From an uncultured delta proteobacterium (lineage in GTDB: Bacteria > Desulfobacterota > Binatia > UBA9968): a DNA stretch of 64,000 bases. Shown here in pieces: positions 10,758 through 20,323 of the stretch. The position numbers and the translations under genes are program-made. The stretch is taken from positions 96,001 through 160,000 of the forward strand of contig CAVYTU010000017.1 in the NCBI GenBank assembly GCA_963771465.1, read 5' to 3'. The notes under the pieces were generated by a model that had not been told where the DNA came from, made no database searches, and was given only the letters and a program-made list of their open reading frames with translations. Position 1 is the stretch's first letter; each line of letters starts with the position of its first letter.

Positions 10758-11213
10758 TCAGCTCAAGAGTTTGCGTAATTGGCGCAGGACTTGTTCAAAC
10801 GCCTCGGGCTGACTCTTCGAGACCGCAGTTTTGTATAGACCAAAGCGGTGATGGGATTGCCAGCGGCGCCATTCTTCGAGGGTGACAGACTCGCACAGCG
10901 ACCGACACCGCTCGACGACGGCTTCGGGCACCGCCGCGTCGCTCCATAGCGCCTCGCTCATAACCGCGGTTTTTTCTGCCGGTTGGCCCAGATACTTTCC
11001 CGAAAGGAAGTCGAGGTAACGTCGGAAAACTTCTTTCTCGTCATCGCTGTCGCAGGGCAGGTGACACAGAACCGCCCGTTCCTCCCTGCTGTATGCGAGC
11101 CAGTGCTTAAGCGAGATTTTGATTCCGGTGACGTCAAGCTTGCGGCGCAGGTCGAGCGGCAGGCGGCTCAAGGCGGGATAAAACTCGGCTTCGTAGTCGT
11201 AACGGTGAAACAT
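10758..11213 (-). CDS. Nitrate reductase-associated protein (NarM-like, Nitr_red_assoc)
   Basis: YEAEF...LPLDLRRKLDVTGIKISLKHW and 'W...HRFGLYK' pattern; directly upstream of the molybdoenzyme. Confidence 0.75.
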   Translation of the reverse strand: MFHRYDYEAEFYPALSRLPLDLRRKLDVTGIKISLKHWLAYSREERAVLCHLPCDSDDEKEVFRRYLDFLSGKYLGQPAEKTAVMSEALWSDAAVPEAVVERCRSLCESVTLEEWRRWQSHHRFGLYKTAVSKSQPEAFEQVLRQLRKLLS

Positions 11214-11393
11214 TTGCGCGAATGAGTTGCCTTTCGCCCCTGTGAAAAGTTATTTTCCTCAGTGTGGGAGGCAAGTCAACTGTGCAGACACAGATTAAGG
11301 CGAGCGGGAATGAAGAATTGCGGGTAAGCGACCATTTAGATGCAAAGAATGCGGGAGAATCGACCCAGAGAGATTTACAGGGTCGTTACAATT

Positions 11394-11573
11394 CTAGGAG
11401 CGTGGGCGCCAAGGAACCGTCCGGCCGGCGGCCGCACGCTGCTTGGCGACGGCATGCCGAAACGCATGAAGGTGCCACGTAGAAGAGCGTAGCCGCATCC
11501 AGGTCTTCAAGAGTTGCATGTAGGCTTTGCGCCGTTTGGGCGGGACATCCGGCTTGAGAATCTTGACTGACAA
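11394..11573 (-). CDS. Possible 59-aa basic small protein (below the ORF-track cutoff)
   Basis: TTG start, reads (L)SVKILKPDVPPKRRKAYMQLLKTWMRLRSSTWHLHAFRHAVAKQRAAAGRTVPWRPRS*; fills an otherwise empty 450-bp gap. Confidence 0.35.
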   Translation of the reverse strand: MSVKILKPDVPPKRRKAYMQLLKTWMRLRSSTWHLHAFRHAVAKQRAAAGRTVPWRPRS

Positions 11574-11669
11574 AAATGGTAGGTTCCGGGTCGCTCCTAA
11601 TTGATAAGATCGGTGCGACCGGCGATGACTTTAACAATGTGACAATCGGGAGGAAGTTTAACCTAATCC

Positions 11670-12191
11670 ATGCAATACGATCCCAAACAATCCAATTCGC
11701 CACCGGCGCCGATCGAGCCCACAGGGTTTTTCACCGGCATCCAGTTTCGACCCATCGTCATGGGTGTGATCGTCGATACGCTTGCGACCATGGCGTTGAC
11801 GACTGCCTATTATTCCTTTGTTGTCGCAAAAGAGGTCGCTGATAAAGGTGTAGGCGATGAGGACGCGTTCGCCGAATATTGGGCTTCCAGCGACGGGCTG
11901 ATGGCAAGCCTACTGCTCGGTTCGTTAGGAACGTTGATCGGCGGTTTTTACGCTGCCTATAAGGCTGGTACCTTGGAGATGAAACACGGCGCGCTGGTCG
12001 GTATCGGTTCGATCCTCCTCGGCTTACTGCTGACAGGAGGCGCCGAGAGTCAGACTCCCGAATGGTTCATGGCGCTCTCATTCGCCGCGGCGATTCCCGC
12101 TGGCGCGCTCGGCGGCTTCTTGGCGGAAATGTTTAAGGGCGCCACGGGTAGCGGGCACTCCTCGCACGTCGGAAGGTCTCCCGGCGGGTAA
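11670..12191 (+). CDS. Hypothetical 4-TM membrane protein (TIGR04086-like)
   Basis: Four hydrophobic helices, GGFYAA..AG..EMKHG pattern, GGAGG RBS. Confidence 0.65.
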   Translation: MQYDPKQSNSPPAPIEPTGFFTGIQFRPIVMGVIVDTLATMALTTAYYSFVVAKEVADKGVGDEDAFAEYWASSDGLMASLLLGSLGTLIGGFYAAYKAGTLEMKHGALVGIGSILLGLLLTGGAESQTPEWFMALSFAAAIPAGALGGFLAEMFKGATGSGHSSHVGRSPGG

Positions 12192-12197
12192 GAATTC

Positions 12198-12206
12198 TGC
12201 TATAAT
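12198..12206 (+). promoter_or_regulatory. Extended -10 sigma70 promoter
   Basis: Exact TGcTATAAT about 55 bp upstream of the ORF at 12262. Confidence 0.5.
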
Positions 12207-12261
12207 TGAATGGCCGCTCGTGCGTAAGGCCGACAACGTTGCCCAACCTGCTACCTAACGA

Positions 12262-12630
12262 ATGCGTTCCTATATAGCACAATTGCGGTTTCTGATGGTC
12301 CGCGAGCAGCTCGCGCTCGGTTGGAAGATCGGGCTATTCATCGTTTGCGGCGCGCTCTTGTATGGCTCGATGACGCTCATGGACGTCAACATCCGCTCGG
12401 TGGATGTTAACGGAACGGTCACGTCGCATCAGACCGAGACACTAAAATCCGAGTCGGCAACTTATCTCATCGTGCAACTCGATCGTGGCGACACTGTGCG
12501 GGCGAAAAGCGTAGGCTCATTTGACTATCGGGCGGGCCAACGAGCGGTTGTTCGAGAGATCACGACGAATTTTTTCGGACTCAAGAAGTACGTGTTCAAG
12601 GGCTACATCGAGAAGCCGCACGCTGGATAA
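12262..12630 (+). CDS. Hypothetical membrane-anchored protein
   Basis: One TM helix followed by a beta-rich domain. Confidence 0.6.
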   Translation: MRSYIAQLRFLMVREQLALGWKIGLFIVCGALLYGSMTLMDVNIRSVDVNGTVTSHQTETLKSESATYLIVQLDRGDTVRAKSVGSFDYRAGQRAVVREITTNFFGLKKYVFKGYIEKPHAG

Positions 12631-12661
12631 TCGTGTTGAGCCTGTTAGTGATGGAGTCTCA

Positions 12662-13228
12662 ATGACGACTTCCGCCGTCGAATATCGCCGAGCGCTTCCT
12701 CAAGATTACCCGGCAATCGTTCAACTCAATTCCGCCAACTTCATCGCCAATCTTTCTGAGGATGAGCGCACGGACGGGTTTCTGTCGGCGGTATTTACGC
12801 TAGACCAGACGGCGGCGATGGCGGACGATTTGGGGACGACGGTCGCCATTGTCGACGGCGTGCTGGCCGGCTTTCTCTGTGCGTTTCGCAATGACTTCGA
12901 CCACGGTTCGCCGGTGGTCGCTAAGATGATCGAGTCCTACGACCGCATGCGCTTCGAAGGTAAGCTCCTGAGCCAATTCAACACTTACGCTTACGGTCCG
13001 GTGTGTATCGGCCGCGCGTATCGGCGCAAAGGTCTATTGCGTGGTCTTTACGAGGCGCAGAAGAACGAATTGGCTGGCCGCTTCGAAGTCGGCGTCGCGC
13101 TCATCGCGCGCAGCAATCCGCACTCAATGCTGGCTCACGTCGCGGGACTCGGCATGACCGAAGTCGGCGAGTTTGAGGTCAGCGGTAACATGTTTGCTAC
13201 CGTCGCGTTTCGATTGCCGCCGCGATAA
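12662..13228 (+). CDS. GNAT family N-acetyltransferase
   Basis: YGPVCIGRAYRRKGLLRGLY acetyl-CoA motif, NPHS..AH; ATG at 12662 after GGAG. Confidence 0.82.
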   Translation: MTTSAVEYRRALPQDYPAIVQLNSANFIANLSEDERTDGFLSAVFTLDQTAAMADDLGTTVAIVDGVLAGFLCAFRNDFDHGSPVVAKMIESYDRMRFEGKLLSQFNTYAYGPVCIGRAYRRKGLLRGLYEAQKNELAGRFEVGVALIARSNPHSMLAHVAGLGMTEVGEFEVSGNMFATVAFRLPPR

Positions 13229-13314
13229 TTGCGTCTTGCAGATGCGCTTCCACTCCCATAGAATTGGCTCGCCATTGCCGCATATTACTTTCACAGACGA
13301 AAGGAAAGTTACAC

Positions 13315-13818
13315 ATGGATGCCGATGCTAAGAAAACTGCGTTGCGAATGATTCCCTACGGAATCTACGTTTTGACTGCTGAGGGCAAGGACGGCAAAGT
13401 TGCCGCGTCGACGGTTAATTGGGTGACACAGACGGCATTTGCGCCGCCGCTAGTTGTCGTCGGCGTCAAGGCCGACTCCGGCGCCCATGCCATTATCAAA
13501 GAGAGCAAAACCTTTGCGCTCAACATGTTAGGTAAAGATCAGAAGGGACAAGCGTTCACTTTCTTCAAGCCGCTCGAACGTGAAGGCAACTCGATTGGCG
13601 GCGAGCCTTTTCGCAAGGGTTCGCTCGGCGCGCCGATTTTGGAGAAGGCGCCGGCGTTTGTCGAGTGCGCGCTGGTCAATACGGTGGAAATGGGCGATCA
13701 TTCGATCTTCGTCGGTGAAGTGAAGGATGCCGGCGTCGCGGTGGCGCCAACGGGCCGGCCAGACGATGCGATCTTGGCGATGCGCGATTTGGGCGACAAG
13801 GTGTTTTACGGGGGTTAG
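13315..13818 (+). CDS. Flavin reductase family protein
   Basis: IPYGIYVLT, WVTQ..F.PP, GDHSIFVGEV. Confidence 0.88.
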   Translation: MDADAKKTALRMIPYGIYVLTAEGKDGKVAASTVNWVTQTAFAPPLVVVGVKADSGAHAIIKESKTFALNMLGKDQKGQAFTFFKPLEREGNSIGGEPFRKGSLGAPILEKAPAFVECALVNTVEMGDHSIFVGEVKDAGVAVAPTGRPDDAILAMRDLGDKVFYGG

Positions 13819-13826
13819 CGCGCGCC

Positions 13827-13856
13827 GTTCAATATTTAAGTGTTCAAAGTTCCAAG
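13827..13856. repeat. Short GTTCAA-core tandem repeat
   Basis: GTTCAATATTTAAGTGTTCAAAGTTCCAAG; same core as 14261, 22901 and 46791. Confidence 0.45.
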
Positions 13857-13888
13857 GTCGGCTGCTAAAAAATCATAGGAGATGAACA

Positions 13889-14257
13889 ATGGCTAAGATA
13901 CGGCATATCGCTTACCGGGCTGTCGATGTCGATGCGATGGCAAAGTTTTTCGTCGATGCCATGGGCATGACACTGATTCAAAAACGGAAGAATAACGCCA
14001 TCGACCTGAGCGATGGCTCGGTCAATATCACCGTGCTTCCGCTCGCCGCCGGTGTCGGCGGTCAAGCGGGTATCGACCACATCGGATTTTCTACCGATAA
14101 TGATCAAGAGCAATTTAAGTTGCTTGAAGCAGCGGGCGCGGAAAAAGCCGGCGCGGTGAACCTCGGCACCGCCTATTACGAAGACAAGTATCGCGGTCCC
14201 GAGGGAATCATCGTCGACGTGGGCCACTGGCAGGGCGCTGCGCCGGTCGATAAATAA
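13889..14257 (+). CDS. VOC family protein
   Basis: IRHIAY, GIDHIGF, GPEGIIVD. Confidence 0.85.
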   Translation: MAKIRHIAYRAVDVDAMAKFFVDAMGMTLIQKRKNNAIDLSDGSVNITVLPLAAGVGGQAGIDHIGFSTDNDQEQFKLLEAAGAEKAGAVNLGTAYYEDKYRGPEGIIVDVGHWQGAAPVDK

Positions 14258-14260
14258 TTC

Positions 14261-14324
14261 GTTCAAAGTTCAAACGTTCGATGTTTGGGGACCGCCTTGA
14301 ATTCTCTACTTTTGAATCTTGAAC
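14261..14324. repeat. Inverted GTTCAA/TTGAAC tandem-repeat pair between convergent genes
   Basis: GTTCAAAGTTCAAACGTTCGA ... TTGAATTCTCTACTTTTGAATCTTGAAC. Confidence 0.55.
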
Positions 14325-14339
14325 CGGTTCTCGCCTACC

Positions 14340-15809
14340 TTACCTAATCATCAGCCGTTCGGCTTTGCCGGAGTAGTTGATGAAAACGGTTTTTAGCTCG
14401 GTAAAAAAGTTTAAACCTTCCACCGCCATCTCTCGTTCGCCGACGCCGGTTGCTTTGGTGCCGCCGAACGGCAACTGCGCTTCACCGCCGATGGTCGGTT
14501 CGTTGACGTGCACCATGCCGGTTTCGACTTCCTCGACGAAGTTCATGATCGTGTCGATGTTTTCCGTGAAGATCGATGTCGTTAGGCCGTATTCGACGCT
14601 GTTGGCGTAACTGAGCGCCTCATCCAGATTGTTTGCGGTGGTGACCGACAGCACCGGACCGAAGATTTCTTCTTTGAAAATGCGCATGGTCGGCGTCACG
14701 TTGTCGAATATCGTCGGCTCGACGAAATAGCCGCTGCCAAGCTGCTGCGGCGTTTTGCCGCCGAGCAGCAGACGCGCACCTTCTTGCTCGCCGATGGCGA
14801 TGTAGTCGAGATCGGTTTTCCACTGTTTGTTATCGACCGCCGGACCCATATCAACCGACTCGTCCAACCCCGGACCCACTTTGATTTTTTTTGCAGCTTC
14901 CACGAGCCGCTCGACCAACGCGTCTTTGACGGATGGGGCCGCGATCACGCGGGAAGTCGCCGTGCAGCGTTGACCGGTGGAGCCAAAGGCGCCGCCGTGG
15001 ATGGCTATGGCCGCTTTGTCGAGGTCGGCGTCGGCCATGACGATGACTGCGTTCTTGCCGCCCATCTCGCAGGTGACTTTAGCGCCGCGCTGCGCCGCCT
15101 TGGCGTAGAGCGCGCCGCCGACTTCGTTGGACCCGGTGAACGAGATCGCGCGCAGCACCGGCGAATTGACCATCGCTTCGCCGACTACGGAGCCGGAGCC
15201 GACGATCATGTTGAACACGCCGGCAGGCAATCCGGCTTCGGTGTAAATCTCAGTAAGGAGAGCCGCTGTCGCCGGCGTCAGTTCAGCGGGTTTGAAGATC
15301 ACGCAGTTGCCCGCGGCCAATGCCGGAGCCGATTTCCACACCGGAATCGCCCAGGGAAAATTCCACGGCGCGATGAGTCCGACGACACCGAGCGGGCGGC
15401 GAATCGTGTAGGTAAACGTATCCCGCGCTTCGGACGGCAAAGTCATGCCGTGCATGCGAAAACCCTCGCCCGCGTAGTATTCCAATAGCGAGATTCCTTT
15501 CATCACTTCGCCCTTGGCTTCCTTGAGGATTTTGCCTTCTTCGCGGGTAAGCGTGCGGGCGATTTCATCGGCGCGTTGGCGCGCGATGTCAGCGGCGCGC
15601 CATAGCACGCGGCCACGCTCGGGGCCGGGCGTTTTTCGCCACCCGCGAAACGCCGCCTGCGCCACGCCGATGGCGCGCGCGACATCTTCAACAGTCGCGG
15701 CGGGAAACTCGGCGATCACTTCCTCGGGGTCCGCCGGGTTGAGATTGCGTACCAAACGGTTCGACTTCGGATGAAACCATTTGCCGTCGACAAATGAACC
15801 GGTGTTCAT
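14340..15809 (-). CDS. NAD(P)-dependent aldehyde dehydrogenase
   Basis: PWNFP, FTGS, EMGGKN, GQRCTA, EEIFGP. Confidence 0.95.
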   Translation of the reverse strand: MNTGSFVDGKWFHPKSNRLVRNLNPADPEEVIAEFPAATVEDVARAIGVAQAAFRGWRKTPGPERGRVLWRAADIARQRADEIARTLTREEGKILKEAKGEVMKGISLLEYYAGEGFRMHGMTLPSEARDTFTYTIRRPLGVVGLIAPWNFPWAIPVWKSAPALAAGNCVIFKPAELTPATAALLTEIYTEAGLPAGVFNMIVGSGSVVGEAMVNSPVLRAISFTGSNEVGGALYAKAAQRGAKVTCEMGGKNAVIVMADADLDKAAIAIHGGAFGSTGQRCTATSRVIAAPSVKDALVERLVEAAKKIKVGPGLDESVDMGPAVDNKQWKTDLDYIAIGEQEGARLLLGGKTPQQLGSGYFVEPTIFDNVTPTMRIFKEEIFGPVLSVTTANNLDEALSYANSVEYGLTTSIFTENIDTIMNFVEEVETGMVHVNEPTIGGEAQLPFGGTKATGVGEREMAVEGLNFFTELKTVFINYSGKAERLMIR

Positions 15810-15917
15810 AATGACCTCGCGCTGACAGGTTAATTGGGATCAATCGTATAATTGACAGGCGAAATAAAAACCAACGACGCTGCTCGGGATTTCGCAAATG
15901 ATCGCGCGGTTGAAAAA

Positions 15918-16970
15918 CTAGAATGAAGATCGTCGCGTCATGTCGCGCATGGTGCTGCGCCATTTCTCCTCGAGCTTATCGATCTGCTCGGCGCTCAGAC
16001 CCTGTTCAGGATACCAGCGTTTGAATCCGTACTCTTTGCTCGGGTTGCCGTACTCATATTCTTCCAGCACTCTCTGACCGCCGGGACCGAGAATAAAATC
16101 GGCCAGTAGCAGCGCGGCGTGCGGATGCGGCGCCTTGGCCAACACCGCTGTGGAGCCGGAGTTGGAGGGCACGACGTCCATGGGGATCCATTCGATCGGC
16201 GCGCCGACTTTGAGCGATACTTCGACGTGATTGCGGAAGGTCGTCGGCGAAACGCCGACTTCGCCGGAGATCACCATGTCGAGCAGCGCGCGGCCTGAGA
16301 CATTATGCACGGCGGGGCTTAAAGATTTCAGTTTCCTGACGTATTCCTCGCCTTTGAACTTGAGCATGGCGCCGGTGACGGTGACGCCGGTATCGCTGCC
16401 GGCGAAAGCAATTTTATCTTTCAACTCCGGCCGCAAAAGTCCCTCGTAGTTTTTCGGCGCGAGTTTCGCTGGAATCAAGTTCTTGTTGTAGGCGAGGCCG
16501 ATATGAGATTCGCGATCGATGGCCCAGTAGACCAAACCTTTGGCCGCTTTTTCTTTGACATGGTCAGGATACTTCGCTTGAGTCGGAAAGAAATAGGGCA
16601 CGAGCAGGTTGATGTCTTTCAATAGTTTCAAGAGCGGGATCGTGGTCTCCATGGTGTCGGCGATGTAGCGCTGCGCCTGCGACTCGGCCAAGATGCGCGC
16701 GCTCATTTCCTGGCGCGTGGCGCGGTAGGATTCCACCGATACGCCGGGATATCTCGCCTCATAGGCGGCTGCGAGTTTTTTATACGAATCGCCTGCCAGC
16801 GATGTGTACCATGTGACTTTGCCTTCAGTCTTGGCGCCAGCGTAGAGCATTTTTTCGCGGTCCGGCTTGTTGTAGGCGGCCAATTGTTCGGTGGTCATCT
16901 TGACCTGAGCATTCGTCGTGTTCGCGATGCATAGGCTGACGAGCAATGCTGCTCCTGCGATCAATTTCAT
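15918..16970 (-). CDS. ABC extracellular solute-binding protein (Fe3+/thiamine/polyamine-like family)
   Basis: Signal peptide, AKTEGKVTWYTS, APHPHAALL. Confidence 0.85.
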   Translation of the reverse strand: MKLIAGAALLVSLCIANTTNAQVKMTTEQLAAYNKPDREKMLYAGAKTEGKVTWYTSLAGDSYKKLAAAYEARYPGVSVESYRATRQEMSARILAESQAQRYIADTMETTIPLLKLLKDINLLVPYFFPTQAKYPDHVKEKAAKGLVYWAIDRESHIGLAYNKNLIPAKLAPKNYEGLLRPELKDKIAFAGSDTGVTVTGAMLKFKGEEYVRKLKSLSPAVHNVSGRALLDMVISGEVGVSPTTFRNHVEVSLKVGAPIEWIPMDVVPSNSGSTAVLAKAPHPHAALLLADFILGPGGQRVLEEYEYGNPSKEYGFKRWYPEQGLSAEQIDKLEEKWRSTMRDMTRRSSF

Positions 16971-16999
16971 TGGCGCTCTCCTTTGATCGATCATCCTGT

Positions 17000-17932
17000 T
17001 TAGTAACCGGTTTCCATCAACTGATGATAGTAAAGCTTGATAAACGGCTGCAGCCGCTCGATCCGTGTATAGTGGGCGAACTCCTGGGGAACTTTAATTT
17101 CTTTTTCGATTTGTGGCAGGCTCTTGCCGGCGGCGATTAATTTGGCGACTTCGTCGCGCATGACCACGAAGTAGCGCTTTTGTTCTTCAAGATCTTTGAC
17201 GCCACGGCCGACGTGCACGGGCCCGTGGCCGGGCACGTAGGTCTCAACCGGTAAATGGCGCGCCATGATACGGTCGAGTATCTCGATCCAACCTTTGACG
17301 TTGGAGAAAAAAATGTCGCCGGACTCGCCTTGGCCTGGATGTATCTCGGTGTCCAACAAGTCGCCCATCAGAAAAACCCGCTTCTGGGGTATATAGACCG
17401 TGAGATCGCCGGTGCTATGGCCCCTACCTTCGGCGGTGATCTGAAACGTCAAACCGCCGAAATAGAGAGTCATGTTGCTATCGAAAGCGATATCCGGTTG
17501 AACCAACGCTTTTCCTCGGTACGGCGCATTGCGCTCGTCCTTTGAATCCCGGCGCTCATTGAAACCGGCCCGTTCTTGCATTTGCAGATCGTGGGCCTGA
17601 GTCTTGGTCGCGATGAAGATAGGCTTGTCGTCGCGGAAGTACCACGCGCCGGATGCGTGATCGAGGGCGCTGTGCGACGAGATCAGATAGCGAATCTTTT
17701 TGTCGGTGAGTTTTCGTATGCCGGCGAGAACTTGATCGGCGGTTAGAATGTTGAAATCGAAAACCAGCACCCCGTCATCGGTAATCACCACGGTGGCGTT
17801 GCTGGCGCCTCGGGAATTCTCAAACATATGGACGCCGTCGGCAATCTTGACCAGGCGCATTTGTTCCGGCGCGGAAGCTGCGGTGGTGATACACCATACG
17901 CACGCGAGCAATAACGCGAATCTGGTTTTCAT
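17000..17932 (-). CDS. Secreted MBL-fold metallohydrolase (cyclase-like)
   Basis: Signal peptide, SHSALDH, GHSTGD, MGD, VPGHG. Confidence 0.85.
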   Translation of the reverse strand: MKTRFALLLACVWCITTAASAPEQMRLVKIADGVHMFENSRGASNATVVITDDGVLVFDFNILTADQVLAGIRKLTDKKIRYLISSHSALDHASGAWYFRDDKPIFIATKTQAHDLQMQERAGFNERRDSKDERNAPYRGKALVQPDIAFDSNMTLYFGGLTFQITAEGRGHSTGDLTVYIPQKRVFLMGDLLDTEIHPGQGESGDIFFSNVKGWIEILDRIMARHLPVETYVPGHGPVHVGRGVKDLEEQKRYFVVMRDEVAKLIAAGKSLPQIEKEIKVPQEFAHYTRIERLQPFIKLYYHQLMETGY

Positions 17933-17966
17933 CGTTTTGACTTCCTCTGACGCATTCGTCCGGTGA

Positions 17967-18851
17967 TTATTGGATCATACCCAACGACTTTGCCATGTCG
18001 ATGGTGCGCCGGGCGCGTTCGATGATGGGGCGGTCGATCAATTGGCCACCAAACGCGATCGATCCGTCGCCGCGGGCGTTGGCTTCTTCGAACGCCTGCA
18101 GCACTTTTTGACAGTAGTCGATCTCTTCTGCGGTCGGACTGAAGACGGTGTTGATCGCATTCACTTGCGACGGGTGGATGCATGACATGGCGGAGAAACC
18201 TAGCTGCCGCGATTGTTTGGCAAAGCCGAGCAAGCCGGCGTTATCGTTGAGATCGACCCAGACGCCGTCGACCGCCTGTACGTGAGCGGCCGCAGCAGCG
18301 ACAACGATGGCCGAGCGCGCATAGATCAAATCGCGTGCTTCGCCTTCCCGCACCGTGGGTAGGCCGAGCTCGCGGCCAAAATCTTCCGCTCCAAACACCA
18401 ACCCGGTTACACGAGAGGAACTTGCCGCGATGGCCGGCGCATTGAGCAGTCCCTTGGGGCTCTCGATGGCAATGAGGAGTTTGATACCGCCGGCGGGTAT
18501 CCTCAGTTTGGATTCACGATCGGTGAGGATCGCGTCGACTTTGCGGGCTTCGGCCACGGTGTCGACTTTGGGCAACACCAAACCTTCCAACCCGGGCCGG
18601 ACAACAGCATCCAGGTCGGCGTCCATGCGCGGGTGGCCGATGGCATTGATGCGCACGTAGCGCGCCGGCGATCCGGGTGTTTTTTCACGACCCAGTGACT
18701 CAGCGATGTTTTTCCGCGCGGCGTCTTTTTCGTTTGGCGCGACGCCGTCCTCGATATCGAGCATGATGGCGTCGGCGTTTAGGCCCAACGCTTTATCGAT
18801 CATTTTCTGCCGGTGTCCCGGCACAAACATCCACGAGCGGATAAGCTCCAT
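17967..18851 (-). CDS. CitE-family CoA-ester lyase (citryl/malyl/citramalyl-CoA lyase)
   Basis: RSWMFVPG, DIEDGV, VRIN, IESPKG, FGAED, CIHPSQ. Confidence 0.9.
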   Translation of the reverse strand: MELIRSWMFVPGHRQKMIDKALGLNADAIMLDIEDGVAPNEKDAARKNIAESLGREKTPGSPARYVRINAIGHPRMDADLDAVVRPGLEGLVLPKVDTVAEARKVDAILTDRESKLRIPAGGIKLLIAIESPKGLLNAPAIAASSSRVTGLVFGAEDFGRELGLPTVREGEARDLIYARSAIVVAAAAAHVQAVDGVWVDLNDNAGLLGFAKQSRQLGFSAMSCIHPSQVNAINTVFSPTAEEIDYCQKVLQAFEEANARGDGSIAFGGQLIDRPIIERARRTIDMAKSLGMIQ

Positions 18852-18960
18852 TGCAAAAATCTCCTTCGCCGAATTCATTACCTGATGGGGCGGCGAATGT
18901 CTAACGTCGCGAAGTGATTGGCCGTGCGGTTATTTACGATTGATCACTATGACGAACGAT

Positions 18961-19034
18961 AGATCTCTCACTTCGTTCGAGATGACAGGTATCAAGCTTC
19001 TCTCGGTTGTCATTTCGACCGCAGGGAGAAGTCT
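18961..19034. repeat. Inverted pair of GTCAT-headed REP-like elements
   Basis: Reverse complement of 18961-18987 (TGTCATCTCGAACGAAGTGAGAGATCT) matches 19008-19034 (TGTCATTTCGACCGCAGGGAGAAGTCT). Confidence 0.65.
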
Positions 19035-19086
19035 TTTCTGCCATTCAGTTGAAGATGATAAAATTTTAGAGAATAAGTGAAAAGAT

Positions 19087-20286
19087 ATGAAACTCAGCAC
19101 GGTAAAACTCCTATTGCCGATCATGGCGGTGACGATCCAGAGCAACTCGGCATCGACGGTGATTCCGCCGTTTCTCGATGACCTGCGCATGCCGGTGGCG
19201 CTGATCGGGACGTTGATTTCACTCGGTCCGATCTTTGCCCTCGCGGCGCGCTTGCCGGTGGGCATGCTCTACAATCGCAGCCACGTGCGCCTGTTGGTTT
19301 CCTTCGCTGTGCTGGCGATGGGCGTAACCAATTATTGCTATAGCTTTGCGGTTAACACTTGGTCCTTTGCCATCGTTCATTGTCTCAACGGCTTCGCTTA
19401 CAGTGCGGTAACTACGCTCTACATGGCGTTCTACGTCGACTCTTTGGCGCCGGATGAAAACCGCAATCATGCCATGGGCTATTACGTCGGTGGTTTGGCG
19501 CTGGGCTATTCGACGGGAAATTTTTTTGGCGGCCTGATCGCCGATCATTGGGGTTACGATTGGACTTTTCAACTTGGCGCGCTGCTGTCGCTGGTTTCCG
19601 TCGTCCTGCTGTGGATTTTACACGGCCCGCAGATAGCAGGCGAGCGCGAGGTGAAAGCGAAGGAGTCAGCGAAGCTAACTTCTAAAGATTCGCTCAAGGC
19701 TCTGCTCGAACCGGAACTGGCGACGGTGGTGCTAGTCGCGTTGTTTTTAAATCTCTTGCATCAAATGGGCGGCATTTTTATCTCGCTTTACGGCTTGTCG
19801 GTCGGTATGAGTCTGACGCAAATCGGTATCATCCGCGCCGCGTATGCAGGCTGTAACGCGGTGACCCGGCCGATCAGCGGTCATGTGGTGAACAAAGTCG
19901 GACACAAGGGTTTGTCTTATCTCGGCTTGCCGCTGCAATCGCTGATACTCATGTTGGTGCCGCTCTTCACGGGCTTTGGCACGATCCTAGTTGTCTATGT
20001 CGCCTCGGGCTTCATGCGCGCGATCGTTATCGTCGCCAATGCCGTGGGGTTGGTTCAGGACGTACCGGAATCGAAGGTGCGGCGCGGCCTTGCTTCCGGT
20101 GTCTACAACGCCGCCGGCGATCTTGGCAATATTCTCGGTCCGTCGATCGGTGGTTTCATCGCCCACGCGACGGGTATCGCCAGCGTGTTTGTCGTCGGCT
20201 CGTTGGGATCCACGATCCTGTTTTTGCTTGGAGTGCTGTTGGTGCGGCGTCTTAAGCAGAATCAAGAACCGGCTGTGCCGAGTTAA
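19087..20286 (+). CDS. MFS transporter
   Basis: About 12 TM helices, two-fold symmetry, GPSIGG motif. Confidence 0.9.
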   Translation: MKLSTVKLLLPIMAVTIQSNSASTVIPPFLDDLRMPVALIGTLISLGPIFALAARLPVGMLYNRSHVRLLVSFAVLAMGVTNYCYSFAVNTWSFAIVHCLNGFAYSAVTTLYMAFYVDSLAPDENRNHAMGYYVGGLALGYSTGNFFGGLIADHWGYDWTFQLGALLSLVSVVLLWILHGPQIAGEREVKAKESAKLTSKDSLKALLEPELATVVLVALFLNLLHQMGGIFISLYGLSVGMSLTQIGIIRAAYAGCNAVTRPISGHVVNKVGHKGLSYLGLPLQSLILMLVPLFTGFGTILVVYVASGFMRAIVIVANAVGLVQDVPESKVRRGLASGVYNAAGDLGNILGPSIGGFIAHATGIASVFVVGSLGSTILFLLGVLLVRRLKQNQEPAVPS

Positions 20287-20323
20287 CTCGCAAAAAGGAC
20301 ATGATCTAATAGTCGCCGTTCTG

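Noticed and set aside
11214-11300. Moco riboswitch upstream of the molybdoenzyme operon (GCCTCCC present on the minus strand)
   Set aside because: The other conserved elements are not visible; the sequence reads better as a TTGACT-N17-AAAATA sigma70-like promoter.
13263-13280. Sigma-54 promoter-like TGGCTCGCCATTGC
   Set aside because: GG-to-GC spacing is 9 bp rather than the required 10.
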